A DNA stretch of 64,000 nt. Source: an uncultured Clostridia bacterium. GTDB lineage: Bacteria; Bacillota; Clostridia; TANB77; CAG-508. How positions within the stretch are numbered: position 1 is the stretch's first letter; each line of letters begins with the position of its first letter. Where the stretch lies: contig CANQSV010000005.1 in the NCBI GenBank assembly GCA_947626605.1, positions 647 through 64,646 of the forward strand. The letters run 5' to 3'. The notes under the pieces are model-generated. The model searched no databases, was not told the origin of the DNA, and was given only the letters and a program-made list of their open reading frames with translations. Below, one piece after another: positions 54,981 through 64,000 of this stretch. The translations under genes and the position numbers were made by a program.

Positions 54981-55418
54981 CTATACTAAGTCATCGCCTT
55001 CATATAACGTTGTTTCGACCTCTACCACTTCTGTATAATCAATCATGTCTCCTCCTATAAGAAATATAATGTCAATTAGTACAAATGCCATCTCAGTATA
55101 GAAAAGATCTCCGCCTAATATAAAGGCACATAAAGCCGCAATTAACAACAGTGGTATAGATGTCTTTGCTGCATTTTTGATATGAAGCTTTTTGGGCATT
55201 GGTTTGACATTTGATTTTGTTACTACAAAAACAGCATTTGCTATTTCAGTTACAAATATTGAACCTACAGATACACACATTACCAAGGTATCCCAAGATT
55301 TCCATTCATTATAGAAATCTTTAGAATGGTAATACATTGCAAAGTACAGCATTCCCAGCAAAGCTGCTAAAATACTGAGAATACTGAAAAAGTATCTAAA
55401 AAAATTTGATACTTTCAT
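54981..55418 (-). CDS. Small 4-TM membrane protein, unknown function
   Basis: ATG at 55418, 8 nt after AAGGAGG. The ORF-track start at 55478 lies in the 5' UTR. Confidence 0.65.
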   Translation of the reverse strand: MKVSNFFRYFFSILSILAALLGMLYFAMYYHSKDFYNEWKSWDTLVMCVSVGSIFVTEIANAVFVVTKSNVKPMPKKLHIKNAAKTSIPLLLIAALCAFILGGDLFYTEMAFVLIDIIFLIGGDMIDYTEVVEVETTLYEGDDLV

Positions 55419-55491
55419 AATGACTGCCTCCTTGTCATATTCAACAGATGTTCCCATTTGGGAGTCGGCTCGGTGCACGACTTACAACTAT

Positions 55492-55520
55492 ATTATATCA
55501 CAATTTACATAAAATTTCAA
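55492..55520 (-). promoter_or_regulatory. Near-consensus sigma-A promoter TTGAAA-N17-TATAAT with extended TG
   Basis: The minus strand reads TTGAAAttttatgtaaattgTGaTATAAT. It gives a 5' UTR of about 70 nt containing GC-rich hairpins. Confidence 0.6.
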
Positions 55521-55615
55521 TTTTTGGTATATTGGAATTTGAGATGCCTCATATATTTATATTAACATCTTATACTCTTTCTTAATATAATAGATTTTAA
55601 GGAGGATATTTTTAT

Positions 55616-56149
55616 ATGAATACAAATAAAATTAGAAATTATACATTACTAAGCATAATTTTCACATTTATATTAGGAACATTATTACATTTTACATATG
55701 AATGGTCAGGAGAAAATATCATAGTTGCAGCTTTTTCTGCTGTAAACGAAAGTATATGGGAGCATCTGAAGTTATTGTATTTTCCTATGTTACTAACTTT
55801 AATAATTGGTTACTTTTATATAGGTAAGTCAACTCCTAATTTCATTTGTTCAAAAGTAATTGGCATACTCTCTTCTATATTGTTCACTATTGCTTTTTTC
55901 TATATATATAGTGGAATATTAGGTAAATATATTGCTATCGTTGATATAATTTTATTTTTTGTTGCAACTATTTTGGGAGAATTTCTTTCTTATATACTTA
56001 TCAAAAATAATTTTAAATGTAATAATAAAATATATCTAACATTATTAATACTTCTTGGAATATGTTTTGTATTTTTTACCTATTCTGCACCTAACATAGG
56101 TATTTTTAGAGATCCTATTACAGGGCAAACTGGAATTAAGTATATATAA
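55616..56149 (+). CDS. Polytopic membrane protein (DUF6512-like)
   Basis: 177-aa ORF with 5-6 TM segments and an SD AAGGAGGA upstream. Confidence 0.65.
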   Translation: MNTNKIRNYTLLSIIFTFILGTLLHFTYEWSGENIIVAAFSAVNESIWEHLKLLYFPMLLTLIIGYFYIGKSTPNFICSKVIGILSSILFTIAFFYIYSGILGKYIAIVDIILFFVATILGEFLSYILIKNNFKCNNKIYLTLLILLGICFVFFTYSAPNIGIFRDPITGQTGIKYI

Positions 56150-56255
56150 AATTGAGTTATACATATCAATATAGTTAAATTTTATATTATAACATGTTTT
56201 TTTCACTTTACAACGATTAACTATTTATTTTCAAAAAAAGATGCAAATTGTTGCA

Positions 56256-57008
56256 TCAGTTTTCAGCTATTAGTTTTGAATGGTCTAGTATTCTTTGTAA
56301 TTCAAATTTACTAGCCTTTTTTATTTTTTTAAATGATATATCTGTATAATACACTTTTATTTTCTTTTTACAATCATTTTTATCAATAGTTATTTTTGAC
56401 TTAAAATGAGGCTGTTGATTATCTATTAATTGAGCCATAGAATCCCAACTTTCAAAATGGCTACTAATTTTGTTTTGCAATAACATTGTTCCTTTTATAA
56501 ATATTAATGTTTCTTCTTCTACGTCAACTTTTTGAGTTTCTAAACAAACTAAGCTTAAACCACTAAATGTACATATTATATCATCATCTCTAATTTCACA
56601 TTTTATCAATCTATCATCATACTCAATATTCAATTCAAAATTCTTATATATAATCTTACCAATTAATAAGACTAACAAACAAATTGAAATAACTATTACG
56701 ATTATTACCATACAGTTTTTAATTTTTTTATTTTTATCTGATTCTTTTGCAATACTTATAATGTTTTCTGTTGCTTTTTCTTTGTATTTGTCTTCATTTA
56801 AATATTCTCCACTTAATAATTCATTTACACTAATATCAAGATAATTACATAATTCCAACATAACTGAAGAATCTGGCATACCCTTTCCTGTTTCCCATTT
56901 AGAAATTGACTTATTAGACATATTCAATTTTTCTGCTAATTGTGCCTGCGTAAGATTTTTATTTTTTCTACATTCAGCTATAAATTTTCCTATTTTTTCT
57001 TGATTCAT
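56256..57008 (-). CDS. Membrane-anchored XRE-family HTH regulator
   Basis: IGKFIAECRKNKNLTQAQLAEKLNMSNKSISKWETG HTH, followed by the TM segment MVIIVIVISICLLVLLIG. Confidence 0.8.
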   Translation of the reverse strand: MNQEKIGKFIAECRKNKNLTQAQLAEKLNMSNKSISKWETGKGMPDSSVMLELCNYLDISVNELLSGEYLNEDKYKEKATENIISIAKESDKNKKIKNCMVIIVIVISICLLVLLIGKIIYKNFELNIEYDDRLIKCEIRDDDIICTFSGLSLVCLETQKVDVEEETLIFIKGTMLLQNKISSHFESWDSMAQLIDNQQPHFKSKITIDKNDCKKKIKVYYTDISFKKIKKASKFELQRILDHSKLIAEN

Positions 57009-57172
57009 ATTTTTTCCTCCTTTAATTATAATCTGTACTTAATATAACTAAAAGGAGTAACAAAATAAAGTTATTATAGGTAGATTCTCCTTTTTTTATA
57101 TCTACTAATAGTAGAATCTCAATAAATTATTTCATCATTTAATTTCTTGTCCCCTTTGAAATCATTTCTCCT

Positions 57173-57613
57173 TTACTTTTTACTATGACTTCTTAACCAA
57201 TTAAATAATTTGGTATACCATTTTTTATCTTCTTTTTTCACTAGAGCTTTTTCCTCTTTATTATTTTTCTCATTTGTTGCAAATAGTATTTCTTTCACTT
57301 CAACTTTTGGAATATCTGCTTTTCTTTTTTCTTCCAATACTCTTTCTTTGTTTTTTATAATCGCTTTTTCTTCTTCTGTAGCTATGTAATCCGTATACAA
57401 TACTGATAAAACCTTTTCCGTATCTTCTAAAAGTACTAAATCTTCTATATCATTATTTTCTATATTAAATTGATAATTTTTATCCATTTTTTCTTTTATA
57501 GCATTAATTATATTTAATGGAATTTTTTGTCTTAACTCCTCTGACATTTCACTTATTAAATAATATACTTCTGAATATGCTTGTTTAGATATCATAATTA
57601 TTTTTCCTTTCAT
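57173..57613 (-). CDS. Hypothetical protein
   Basis: 146-aa ORF, K/E rich. No motif recognised. Confidence 0.5.
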   Translation of the reverse strand: MKGKIIMISKQAYSEVYYLISEMSEELRQKIPLNIINAIKEKMDKNYQFNIENNDIEDLVLLEDTEKVLSVLYTDYIATEEEKAIIKNKERVLEEKRKADIPKVEVKEILFATNEKNNKEEKALVKKEDKKWYTKLFNWLRSHSKK

Positions 57614-57648
57614 TTGTTAATATAAAGTTTATATTAACACCTTAAACT

Positions 57649-58038
57649 CTATCTTAATATTTCACTTTCAAAAAATCTTTCTTGAAATTCAGTTAATGCC
57701 TTTATCTGCTCATTAGTATATGATACATTATCCGGAACAACAATCAATTTATCATCATTTTCATTTAATCTATGTATAATAGCAATACATTTGCCTTCAA
57801 AAGTATCTATTGGTTCAAATATTCCTAATACATAACAATCCAACTCTTCTCCATCTCCACTTATTGTATTAGGAACGAAGCCATAATTTACTGGATATAT
57901 TAAATCATATTTGGGATGTTTTGTTCCTAGTTTTCTATCGATTTGAACTCTAACTTTTTTACCTATATACATTTTTAATAAGTCTTTTATTTGTTCGTCA
58001 TACTTTTGCTTATATTCTATTATCTCCACATATATCAT
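57649..58038 (-). CDS. Inorganic pyrophosphatase-like protein (family I PPase fold, short)
   Basis: YPVNYGFVPNTISGDGEELDCYVLG resembles the PPase YPxNYGxxPxTxxxDGDPxDxxVL segment. The start codon is uncertain. Confidence 0.5.
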   Translation of the reverse strand: MIYVEIIEYKQKYDEQIKDLLKMYIGKKVRVQIDRKLGTKHPKYDLIYPVNYGFVPNTISGDGEELDCYVLGIFEPIDTFEGKCIAIIHRLNENDDKLIVVPDNVSYTNEQIKALTEFQERFFESEILR

Positions 58039-58144
58039 TCCTTTATTTTTTGATTATAATATAATGTTGCTATCTCGGTTAAATTTAAATTTTCTTTTTC
58101 TTTTAATATATTAGCAATTATATCTGGTATTTCCTTGCTTAGTA

Positions 58145-58714
58145 TTAAACATTTTTATTTTTTATATAACTACCTTCAAATTCTCTAGCTAAAATGTCCA
58201 TTTGAATATCATCATAGTATTTCCCATTTAAGAAATAACTTTCTCTTCTTCTTCCCATTTCTTTAAAGCCAACTTTTTTATAACATGCTATAGCTCTTTC
58301 ATTAAATGATTTTACATTTAGCATTATATTATTCATATTTAAATAATTAAATCCAAAATCTAATAGTAATCTTAATACTTCTGCTCCATATCCTTTGTTG
58401 CGATTTTCTTCTTTTCCTATAAAAATTCCAACTGTTGCAATTCTATTTTTATAGCTAATATTTTCTATTCCGCAATTTCCAATTAATTCATCGTTTTCTG
58501 AATTTACAATTGCAAAGCAAAAATTCCCACTTTTTAGCGTGTTTTCAATCCATTCTCTCTCTGTTTCTATTGTCATCAAATTTCCACTACTTCCTACTCC
58601 ATCTGTCATTTTAAAATCACAAAACCACTCTACATATTTTTCTGCATCCTCTGCATTTACTGGTGATAAATAAACTCTTTCTCCTATTAGTTTTTTAAAA
58701 TATTTCATATACAC
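58145..58714 (-). CDS. GNAT-family N-acetyltransferase (RimJ/RimL-like)
   Basis: RNKGYGAEVLRLLLDFGF acetyl-CoA-binding motif and NERAIACYKKVGFKE. Confidence 0.8.
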   Translation of the reverse strand: MYMKYFKKLIGERVYLSPVNAEDAEKYVEWFCDFKMTDGVGSSGNLMTIETEREWIENTLKSGNFCFAIVNSENDELIGNCGIENISYKNRIATVGIFIGKEENRNKGYGAEVLRLLLDFGFNYLNMNNIMLNVKSFNERAIACYKKVGFKEMGRRRESYFLNGKYYDDIQMDILAREFEGSYIKNKNV

Positions 58715-58883
58715 TCCTCCTTTTTTTGTGTCTCATCTCAATCCCCAAATTACTATTCTACTTTTCTTATGAAAAATTATAACATACATTTTTTTATTTG
58801 CAATCTCAGGAAATTTTAATTGACTTAATATAATTCAATTACAAAAAGGAACACTGCATTGTGTTCCCCCTCTAATATACCCT

Positions 58884-59207
58884 TTATCTATATTTTACAT
58901 TTTTTTGCCAATTGCTTCCAGAATAATATACTGCAATAATTTGCACTTCTTTTATTTCTTCGATTATCTTAAAAAAAATCATAAAATTTTTTACATTTAT
59001 TTTTCTTATATCACTTTTTCCTGTTATTTCATTATCAATTATATTATATATATCAGCTGTCTCTTTTAATTTTGAGATTTGTTCTTTGAAAGCCTTACGA
59101 TGTTGATTTGCAATTTCTGGTTCTTTTAATTTTTTCTTTATATATGTTATAATTTTTTTAATATCCTCTTTTGCTTCATTTAGGATTTTTACGTCGTATT
59201 TATTCAT
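58884..59207 (-). CDS. Type II toxin, RelE/ParE family
   Basis: 107-aa basic protein with the ParE-like layout (YDVKILNEAKEDI...IIAVYYSGSNW), immediately downstream of a small acidic partner. Confidence 0.65.
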   Translation of the reverse strand: MNKYDVKILNEAKEDIKKIITYIKKKLKEPEIANQHRKAFKEQISKLKETADIYNIIDNEITGKSDIRKINVKNFMIFFKIIEEIKEVQIIAVYYSGSNWQKNVKYR

Positions 59208-59223
59208 TTTTATGTCACCTCAA

Positions 59224-59472
59224 TTATAACTTATCAATTTCTTCAAAAGCTTCTTCAATCGTAAGCATTTTTGCTTTTCCACTTTCAATTTTTTTAATTC
59301 TTTCATTCAATTTTTTCTTTAAATCTTGATTATCTTTTATAATCAATTCTTCAGGCATAGTCTTTTCAATATATTTTGAAGTTAAGTATTCAGCGTAGTT
59401 TAATAATTCTTTAGCAACTGAATCTGGAATCAAATCAATTGTGTCATACAATTCTTTTTTGGTCACAGTCAC
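59224..59472 (-). CDS. Type II antitoxin (partner of the ParE/RelE toxin)
   Basis: 82-aa acidic ORF 16 nt upstream of the toxin. GTG start 7 nt after AAGGAGGTG. Confidence 0.6.
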   Translation of the reverse strand: MTVTKKELYDTIDLIPDSVAKELLNYAEYLTSKYIEKTMPEELIIKDNQDLKKKLNERIKKIESGKAKMLTIEEAFEEIDKL

Positions 59473-59661
59473 TTCTATGCACCTCCTTATTTTGCAGATA
59501 CTATATAATTATTTTACTATATTTTTCATATATTATCAACAATTTTACTACAGTTAACTATTTTATTTCCAAATCTCACCATTTATATGTTTTGTTAGAG
59601 CCATAATAAAGACATTTTTTGTTCCCATTAATATCTTCATATAAATTTCACCTCTTAAAAT

Positions 59662-59700
59662 AATAAAATATTATAATTTTGAAAATTATAATATTTTATT
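59662..59700 (-). terminator. 17-bp all-A/T hairpin after the 491-aa gene
   Basis: AATAAAATATTATAATT-ttgaa-AATTATAATATTTTATT. Confidence 0.4.
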
Positions 59701-59711
59701 ATTTTGCTTTT

Positions 59712-61187
59712 TTATTCATAAGATTTCTTTTCAAATTTCTTTGTTGAAGCATTATATTCCAAAGTATAATCCTCTTGATTCAACTTCTTAACCTTTTTCT
59801 GCATTTCTTTTGGAAGCTCTATATATCCCATTGCAATCATTTCTACTCCTGGTTTTTGCATACTATCCAATATTTTTTCAATAAAATCAGAATTAAAATA
59901 TTCTTTATCTGCTTCAAATTCTTGAGTTAAAATACTTATATTACAATCTTCTTCAGAATTAGAATAATTACTTATGCTTGCCATTATATATCTTACTTTA
60001 CCATCTTTTAAATTCTTATACTTTTCAATTTTTTCTTCAAATTCTTTTTGTATTTCATCTAGCTTTTTATTGATATTCTTATTTTCCTCTTCACTTTTGT
60101 AGATTCGAATACTTACAAATAAATTATCTGATGCTCTTCCTACTTTATAGTATCTACAATGCTCAACATCATAAGTATCAGTTAATACCAAATTATTTTT
60201 TTCCATTTTATACTTTCCATCAAATAAATTTTCATTGCTTTTATATCTATTATATATTGCTATATACTTATAATAATCAAACATCCTAATAGGTATATGA
60301 TATCCATTTATGTAAGCAGTAATATAATCTGAAGAAAAAGTAAAATTTATATTTTCTGATGAATTATATGTATACATAATTTTTAAGACTTCATCTTCTA
60401 TTGCAGAATAATCCACTTTACTCATATCAAGATCTTCAAACATTTCTCCATTTTCTCTAGGAAAACTTTGCACTAATTCTTCATATGCAACTTGATTTAA
60501 TATATTTTTTATTGGAGCATCTTTAGTAAATAATTCTTCAAAAGCTATATCCTTACCATCTATTAAATTTATATTTAAACCTTGATATTCATAATCCCAA
60601 TCTTTTGATTCATCTTTATATCCTATTTGTTTTTCTATATCCATTGATAATACATTTTCGAAATTTGCTTCTACTCTAACACTAACGCCTATTTCTCTTA
60701 TTTTATCATCCTTAACTTCCTTTTGTGTATACATCTCCATTGCTGTATCTTTTATTCTTTTATTAATTTGTTTTTGTAAGTCCTTATCTTTTAAGCCATC
60801 AATTTCGATATAATTTACTTCTAGTCTATATTGCACAGTTCCGTCATTAAATTTATCTACTACATTTCCCTCATGGAACTTTTTATCTGTAATCTTTATA
60901 TCATTTATATTGTACATTTCTTCTCTAGATTTTATTCCATCGCAATATTCCACTTCTTTTTTTATATTATTTTTCTTTTTTTCCTTTTTTACTGTATCTA
61001 TATTGCTTGTTGCTTCTTCTTTAGGCTCCCCCTCTAGATTGTTCGTATATATAAGGTATCCTGTTGTCCCAACACATATTACCGTGAAAAAAATTAAAAA
61101 TATTATTGTATTTCTAACTGGATGTTTCTTTTTCTTAATCTCCTCAACTACTTTAAAATCTTCATCATTATTATTTAACTCTGACAT
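59712..61187 (-). CDS. Membrane-anchored extracytoplasmic protein, possibly a DUF4163/DUF3298 (RsiV/PdaC-like) fold
   Basis: N-terminal TM segment TIIFLIFFTVICVGTTGYLIY. The segment LEVNYIEIDGLKDKDLQKQINKRIKD resembles DUF4163 starts. Confidence 0.5.
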   Translation of the reverse strand: MSELNNNDEDFKVVEEIKKKKHPVRNTIIFLIFFTVICVGTTGYLIYTNNLEGEPKEEATSNIDTVKKEKKKNNIKKEVEYCDGIKSREEMYNINDIKITDKKFHEGNVVDKFNDGTVQYRLEVNYIEIDGLKDKDLQKQINKRIKDTAMEMYTQKEVKDDKIREIGVSVRVEANFENVLSMDIEKQIGYKDESKDWDYEYQGLNINLIDGKDIAFEELFTKDAPIKNILNQVAYEELVQSFPRENGEMFEDLDMSKVDYSAIEDEVLKIMYTYNSSENINFTFSSDYITAYINGYHIPIRMFDYYKYIAIYNRYKSNENLFDGKYKMEKNNLVLTDTYDVEHCRYYKVGRASDNLFVSIRIYKSEEENKNINKKLDEIQKEFEEKIEKYKNLKDGKVRYIMASISNYSNSEEDCNISILTQEFEADKEYFNSDFIEKILDSMQKPGVEMIAMGYIELPKEMQKKVKKLNQEDYTLEYNASTKKFEKKSYE

Positions 61188-62124
61188 AACCAGCCTCCTC
61201 AGCTACTTGTTGTCCTCTTTCTGATAGCATAGCTTCTACTAATTTTCTAGTATTACTGTTTTCTGGCTCATCTTTCCTAATAACTATGTAGTATGCAGTT
61301 TGTATTGGATAGCTTCCATCTTGGATTGTTTCATTTGTTGGTTTAACACCATTTACACCAAGTAATTTTATTCCTTGTGCAACTTCACTATCTATCTCAT
61401 TATACATTGTAGTTGCATAATAATAATATGAATATCCTATAGAATTCTTTCCATTATCATAATCAGAAACGACATTGATAATTTCAAGCATTGTCTCAAT
61501 CATATCTTCCTTAGGAGCTTCCATTAATTTTAATCCCTTCATTACAAGAGAAAGCATACCTGTTTGGCTTCCTGAATTTTCTGGTCTTTGATAAGCTCTA
61601 ATTTTCTCATCATCGCCACCAACTTCTTTCCAATTTTTAATCTCTCCTGTATATATCTTTTGGATTTGTTCTAAAGTTAAATTGTCTACTTTATTATTTC
61701 CATTAACATAGAAAACGAAACCTTCTTTTACAACAGGAATAACTTCTAACTCTACACCCTTTTCTTCAGCTAATTTTAATTCATCTTCTGATGGTTCTGT
61801 AACAACTATTAAATCTACATCATCATTAATTAATCTTACATAACCTGGATGAGTATTAGTGTAATCTAAATCCTTCTCATCAACTTCTTCACCTGTAAAA
61901 TTTTTTATAAAAGCATTTGTTAAAGGTTGTGTAGCAAGAGAAGCATCAACTTTTGGATAATCTTCTAAAGAAAATAAAGGTTCTGTTGAAACTTCTTCTT
62001 TTTTAGCTTCTTCTTGTCCATTTGTTCCCTCTTTTTTAGTAAGCTTAAAATACGCAAATACGCATCCCGCAACAATTAGTGCCATTATTAAAATGACTGC
62101 TAAAACTTTTAATACTTTTTTCAT
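61171..62124 (-). CDS. PstS-family (PBP-like) substrate-binding lipoprotein, orphan
   Basis: Lipobox IVAGC. The PBP-like fold pattern DASLATQPLTNAF...GSQTG...IGYSYYYY resembles phosphate-binding proteins. ATG at 62124 after GGGGGGA. Confidence 0.55.
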   Translation of the reverse strand: MKKVLKVLAVILIMALIVAGCVFAYFKLTKKEGTNGQEEAKKEEVSTEPLFSLEDYPKVDASLATQPLTNAFIKNFTGEEVDEKDLDYTNTHPGYVRLINDDVDLIVVTEPSEDELKLAEEKGVELEVIPVVKEGFVFYVNGNNKVDNLTLEQIQKIYTGEIKNWKEVGGDDEKIRAYQRPENSGSQTGMLSLVMKGLKLMEAPKEDMIETMLEIINVVSDYDNGKNSIGYSYYYYATTMYNEIDSEVAQGIKLLGVNGVKPTNETIQDGSYPIQTAYYIVIRKDEPENSNTRKLVEAMLSERGQQVAEEAGYVRVK

Positions 62125-62317
62125 TAAAAAATCCCCCCTATATTTCATTCAAAAAATATTTTAACATTATGGGAAAAATTTTTCAACAAAAATCGCTTAC
62201 TATAAAACTTATATATACTTTATTAGCAACCTATGGTGTAATTATATTGGGAAATGATTTTTGTAAATCTTCATCTGTTGGAATATAGTCTGTCATAGTT
62301 TTATCTCTAACTAAAAT

Positions 62318-62438
62318 TTTATACGTTAAATTTTTAAATTTTTTTGACTCTAAATAATTTATAGGTCAAATTTCTTGATTTTTTTGACTCTAAATAATTT
62401 ATAGGTCAAATTTTTTAATTTTTTTGACCTATAAATTT
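62318..62438. repeat. Tandem 40-bp repeats (about 3 units) ending in a perfect 15-bp inverted repeat
   Basis: Units start at 62341, 62381 and 62421 (TTTTTGACTCTAAATAATTTATAGGTCAAATTTCTTGATT). AATTTATAGGTCAAA at 62396-62410 pairs with TTTGACCTATAAATT at 62423-62437. Confidence 0.8.
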
Positions 62439-62529
62439 TATTTTAAAAATAAATCTGTATATTCTTGTTTTATTCTTTTAAATTCTTCATATATTTTCTC
62501 CTACTTTAATACCCATCACCGCACAACAC

Positions 62530-63867
62530 TCAATGCTCCCGCGTAAAAGGAAACATATCTACTGGTTGTATCTCTTTTATATCATATTTGTCTTCCAAAA
62601 GGTGCAAGTCTCTTACTAGAGTTGCAGGATTGCAACTTATATATATTACTTTCTTAGGAGCTACTCTAATTATATTATTTATTGATTTACCATCTAATCC
62701 TTTTCTTGGTGGATCTACTATTATTACATCTGGTATTATCTTTTTATTATCAATTAGATCAAATAATAATTCTTCTACATCTCCTGCAAAGAAACTAATA
62801 TTATCTATATTATTTATTTTGGCATTTTGCTTTGCATCTTTTACTGCCTCTTCTACTATTTCTATTCCATAAACTTGTTTTGCGTGTTTTGCTGCAAATA
62901 TCCCAATCGTCCCTATTCCACAATATAAATCAAAAACAATTTCATTAGGATTTAATTCTGCTTTTTCTATTGCTATTTTATAAAGCTTTTCTGTTTGTAC
63001 TGGATTTATTTGATAGAATGACATTGGAGATATTTTAAATTTAAACTCATCTAATTTATCAAATATATATCCATCTCCATATAAAACTACATTCTTACTT
63101 CCTAGGATAACATTAGTGTTTTTCTTGTTTATATTTTTTACTATAGTTTTTATATTAGTAAATTTAGTTTTTAATTTATTTACCAAATCATTTTCTTCTT
63201 TAAATCCATCTGCATTTAAAACTAAAATACACATGATTTCATTTGTAGCAACACCTACTTTTATAACAATATGCCTAAAAATACCTTTTTGAGTTTTTTC
63301 ATTATAAACACTGATTTTTTTCTCTTTTATATAATTACATATAAATCTAGCTATTTTTTCTGATATTGGCTTTTGGATTTTACATTCTTCGAAAGGTATA
63401 ATTTCATGTGTTCTATTTGCAAAAACACCTACTATTGGTTCATTATTTTTATTTATTCCGATTGGATATTGAGCTTTATTTCTATAATTATAAGGATTCT
63501 CCATACCTATTGTTTCTCTAACAGTTACTTTTTTATCTAATGTTTTATTTATTAAACTTTGAACCATATTCTGCTTCATTTCTAAAGTTGTTTTATAATT
63601 TACATGTCTTAGATTACAACCGCCACACCTTTTATATGTATAACAATCTTCTTTTACTCTTTCTTCCGATTTTTTTAATATTTCTATTATTTTTCCAAAT
63701 GCATGTGAAGATAAAACCTTAACTATTAAGATTTTTATTTTTTCGCCTTTTATTGCTCCTGGTATAAATATTGTAAAATTATCGATTTTTGCAATACCTT
63801 CTCCTTCATAACCATTATCTATTATATCAACTATATACTCTTTATTTTTCTCTACAGGTTTATCCAT
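62530..63867 (-). CDS. rlmD: 23S rRNA (uracil-C5)-methyltransferase, RlmD/RumA family
   Basis: N-terminal TRAM domain. Fe-S Cys cluster C..YKRCGGCNLRH. SAM-MTase motifs DLYCGIGTIG and DPPRKG, and the catalytic ISCNP. Confidence 0.85.
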   Translation of the reverse strand: MDKPVEKNKEYIVDIIDNGYEGEGIAKIDNFTIFIPGAIKGEKIKILIVKVLSSHAFGKIIEILKKSEERVKEDCYTYKRCGGCNLRHVNYKTTLEMKQNMVQSLINKTLDKKVTVRETIGMENPYNYRNKAQYPIGINKNNEPIVGVFANRTHEIIPFEECKIQKPISEKIARFICNYIKEKKISVYNEKTQKGIFRHIVIKVGVATNEIMCILVLNADGFKEENDLVNKLKTKFTNIKTIVKNINKKNTNVILGSKNVVLYGDGYIFDKLDEFKFKISPMSFYQINPVQTEKLYKIAIEKAELNPNEIVFDLYCGIGTIGIFAAKHAKQVYGIEIVEEAVKDAKQNAKINNIDNISFFAGDVEELLFDLIDNKKIIPDVIIVDPPRKGLDGKSINNIIRVAPKKVIYISCNPATLVRDLHLLEDKYDIKEIQPVDMFPFTREH

Positions 63868-63876
63868 TAATTACTC

Positions 63877-64000
63877 CTAATCTTTATACAAACTTCTTAA
63901 TAAATCAATTTCTCCTTTGTATCCCATTATATCTTCATGAGGTGTTTCTAAGAAAAATGGTAAATTTCTAGTAATTGGATGATTTATTATTTTTTCAAAT
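63877..64000 (-). CDS. nfo: Endonuclease IV, C-terminal end (gene runs off the right edge)
   Basis: The minus-strand translation [40 protein letters not shown] matches the LETP...Y..EI..L end of Nfo. Confidence 0.6.
   Translation of the reverse strand, partial: FEKIINHPITRNLPFFLETPHEDIMGYKGEIDLLRSLYKD

Noticed and set aside
58039-58144. An open frame of about 36 codons (ILSKEIPDIIANILKEKENLNLTEIATLYYNQKIKE*) between the GNAT and PPase-like genes.
   Set aside because: There is no start codon or SD in frame. It is probably a gene remnant or chance.
62318-62438. Tandem repeats considered as a CRISPR array.
   Set aside because: The units are directly abutting with a 40-bp period and no unique spacers. 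There are no cas genes in the window.

Overview
This is a 64-kb chromosomal segment from a very AT-rich (judged by eye, not computed), endospore-forming Firmicute that looks Clostridia-like: it carries spoIIM, a Spo0A-type regulator, yicC-remA-rpoZ and xerD. I support about 60 protein genes, almost all on the minus strand.

Gene content from left to right:
- Two tandem BspA-type LRR/LPXTG surface-protein paralogs; the left one runs off the window.
- A long fatty-acid synthesis operon: AMP-ligase, BirA-like, fabD, fabG, fabF, accB, fabZ, accC, accD, accA, fabI, acpP.
- Housekeeping genes: a cmk-like kinase, rpoZ, remA, yicC, rsmE, xerD, spoIIM, an EndoQ-like gene, coaE, rnhA, tmcAL, polA and an amylase.
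- A ribitol/glycerol-phosphate teichoic-acid cluster.
- An accessory-looking right half: gene remnants, a class III Fic, a queH-GNAT fusion, an AgrC-like kinase with a Spo0A-like regulator, an ECF sigma/anti-sigma pair, folC, a 1107-aa helicase with seven tandem repeats, a ParE/RelE toxin-antitoxin pair, rlmD and the end of nfo.

I found no rRNA, tRNA, CRISPR array or transposase ORF.

The most unusual signal is non-coding. A modular family of GC-rich hairpin elements sits in intergenic spacers, including four spacers inside the fab operon. The hairpins have the form GTAG plus an imperfect palindrome, carry compensatory stem variants, and are sometimes paired as REPIN/MITE-like inverted doublets. 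Some copies donate stop codons or C-terminal codons to neighbouring genes.

Other leads:
- A consensus promoter with a T13 tract in its spacer, duplicated upstream of both LRR adhesin paralogs. This is a phase-variation candidate.
- The unorthodox kinase/Spo0A-like pair.
- The repeat-expanded helicase.
- A fic gene flanked by duplicated queH-GNAT fragments.
- Two apparent 1-nt frameshifts, in rsmE and in queH-GNAT.

All functional calls rest on motif recognition in the supplied translations. No database search was run.
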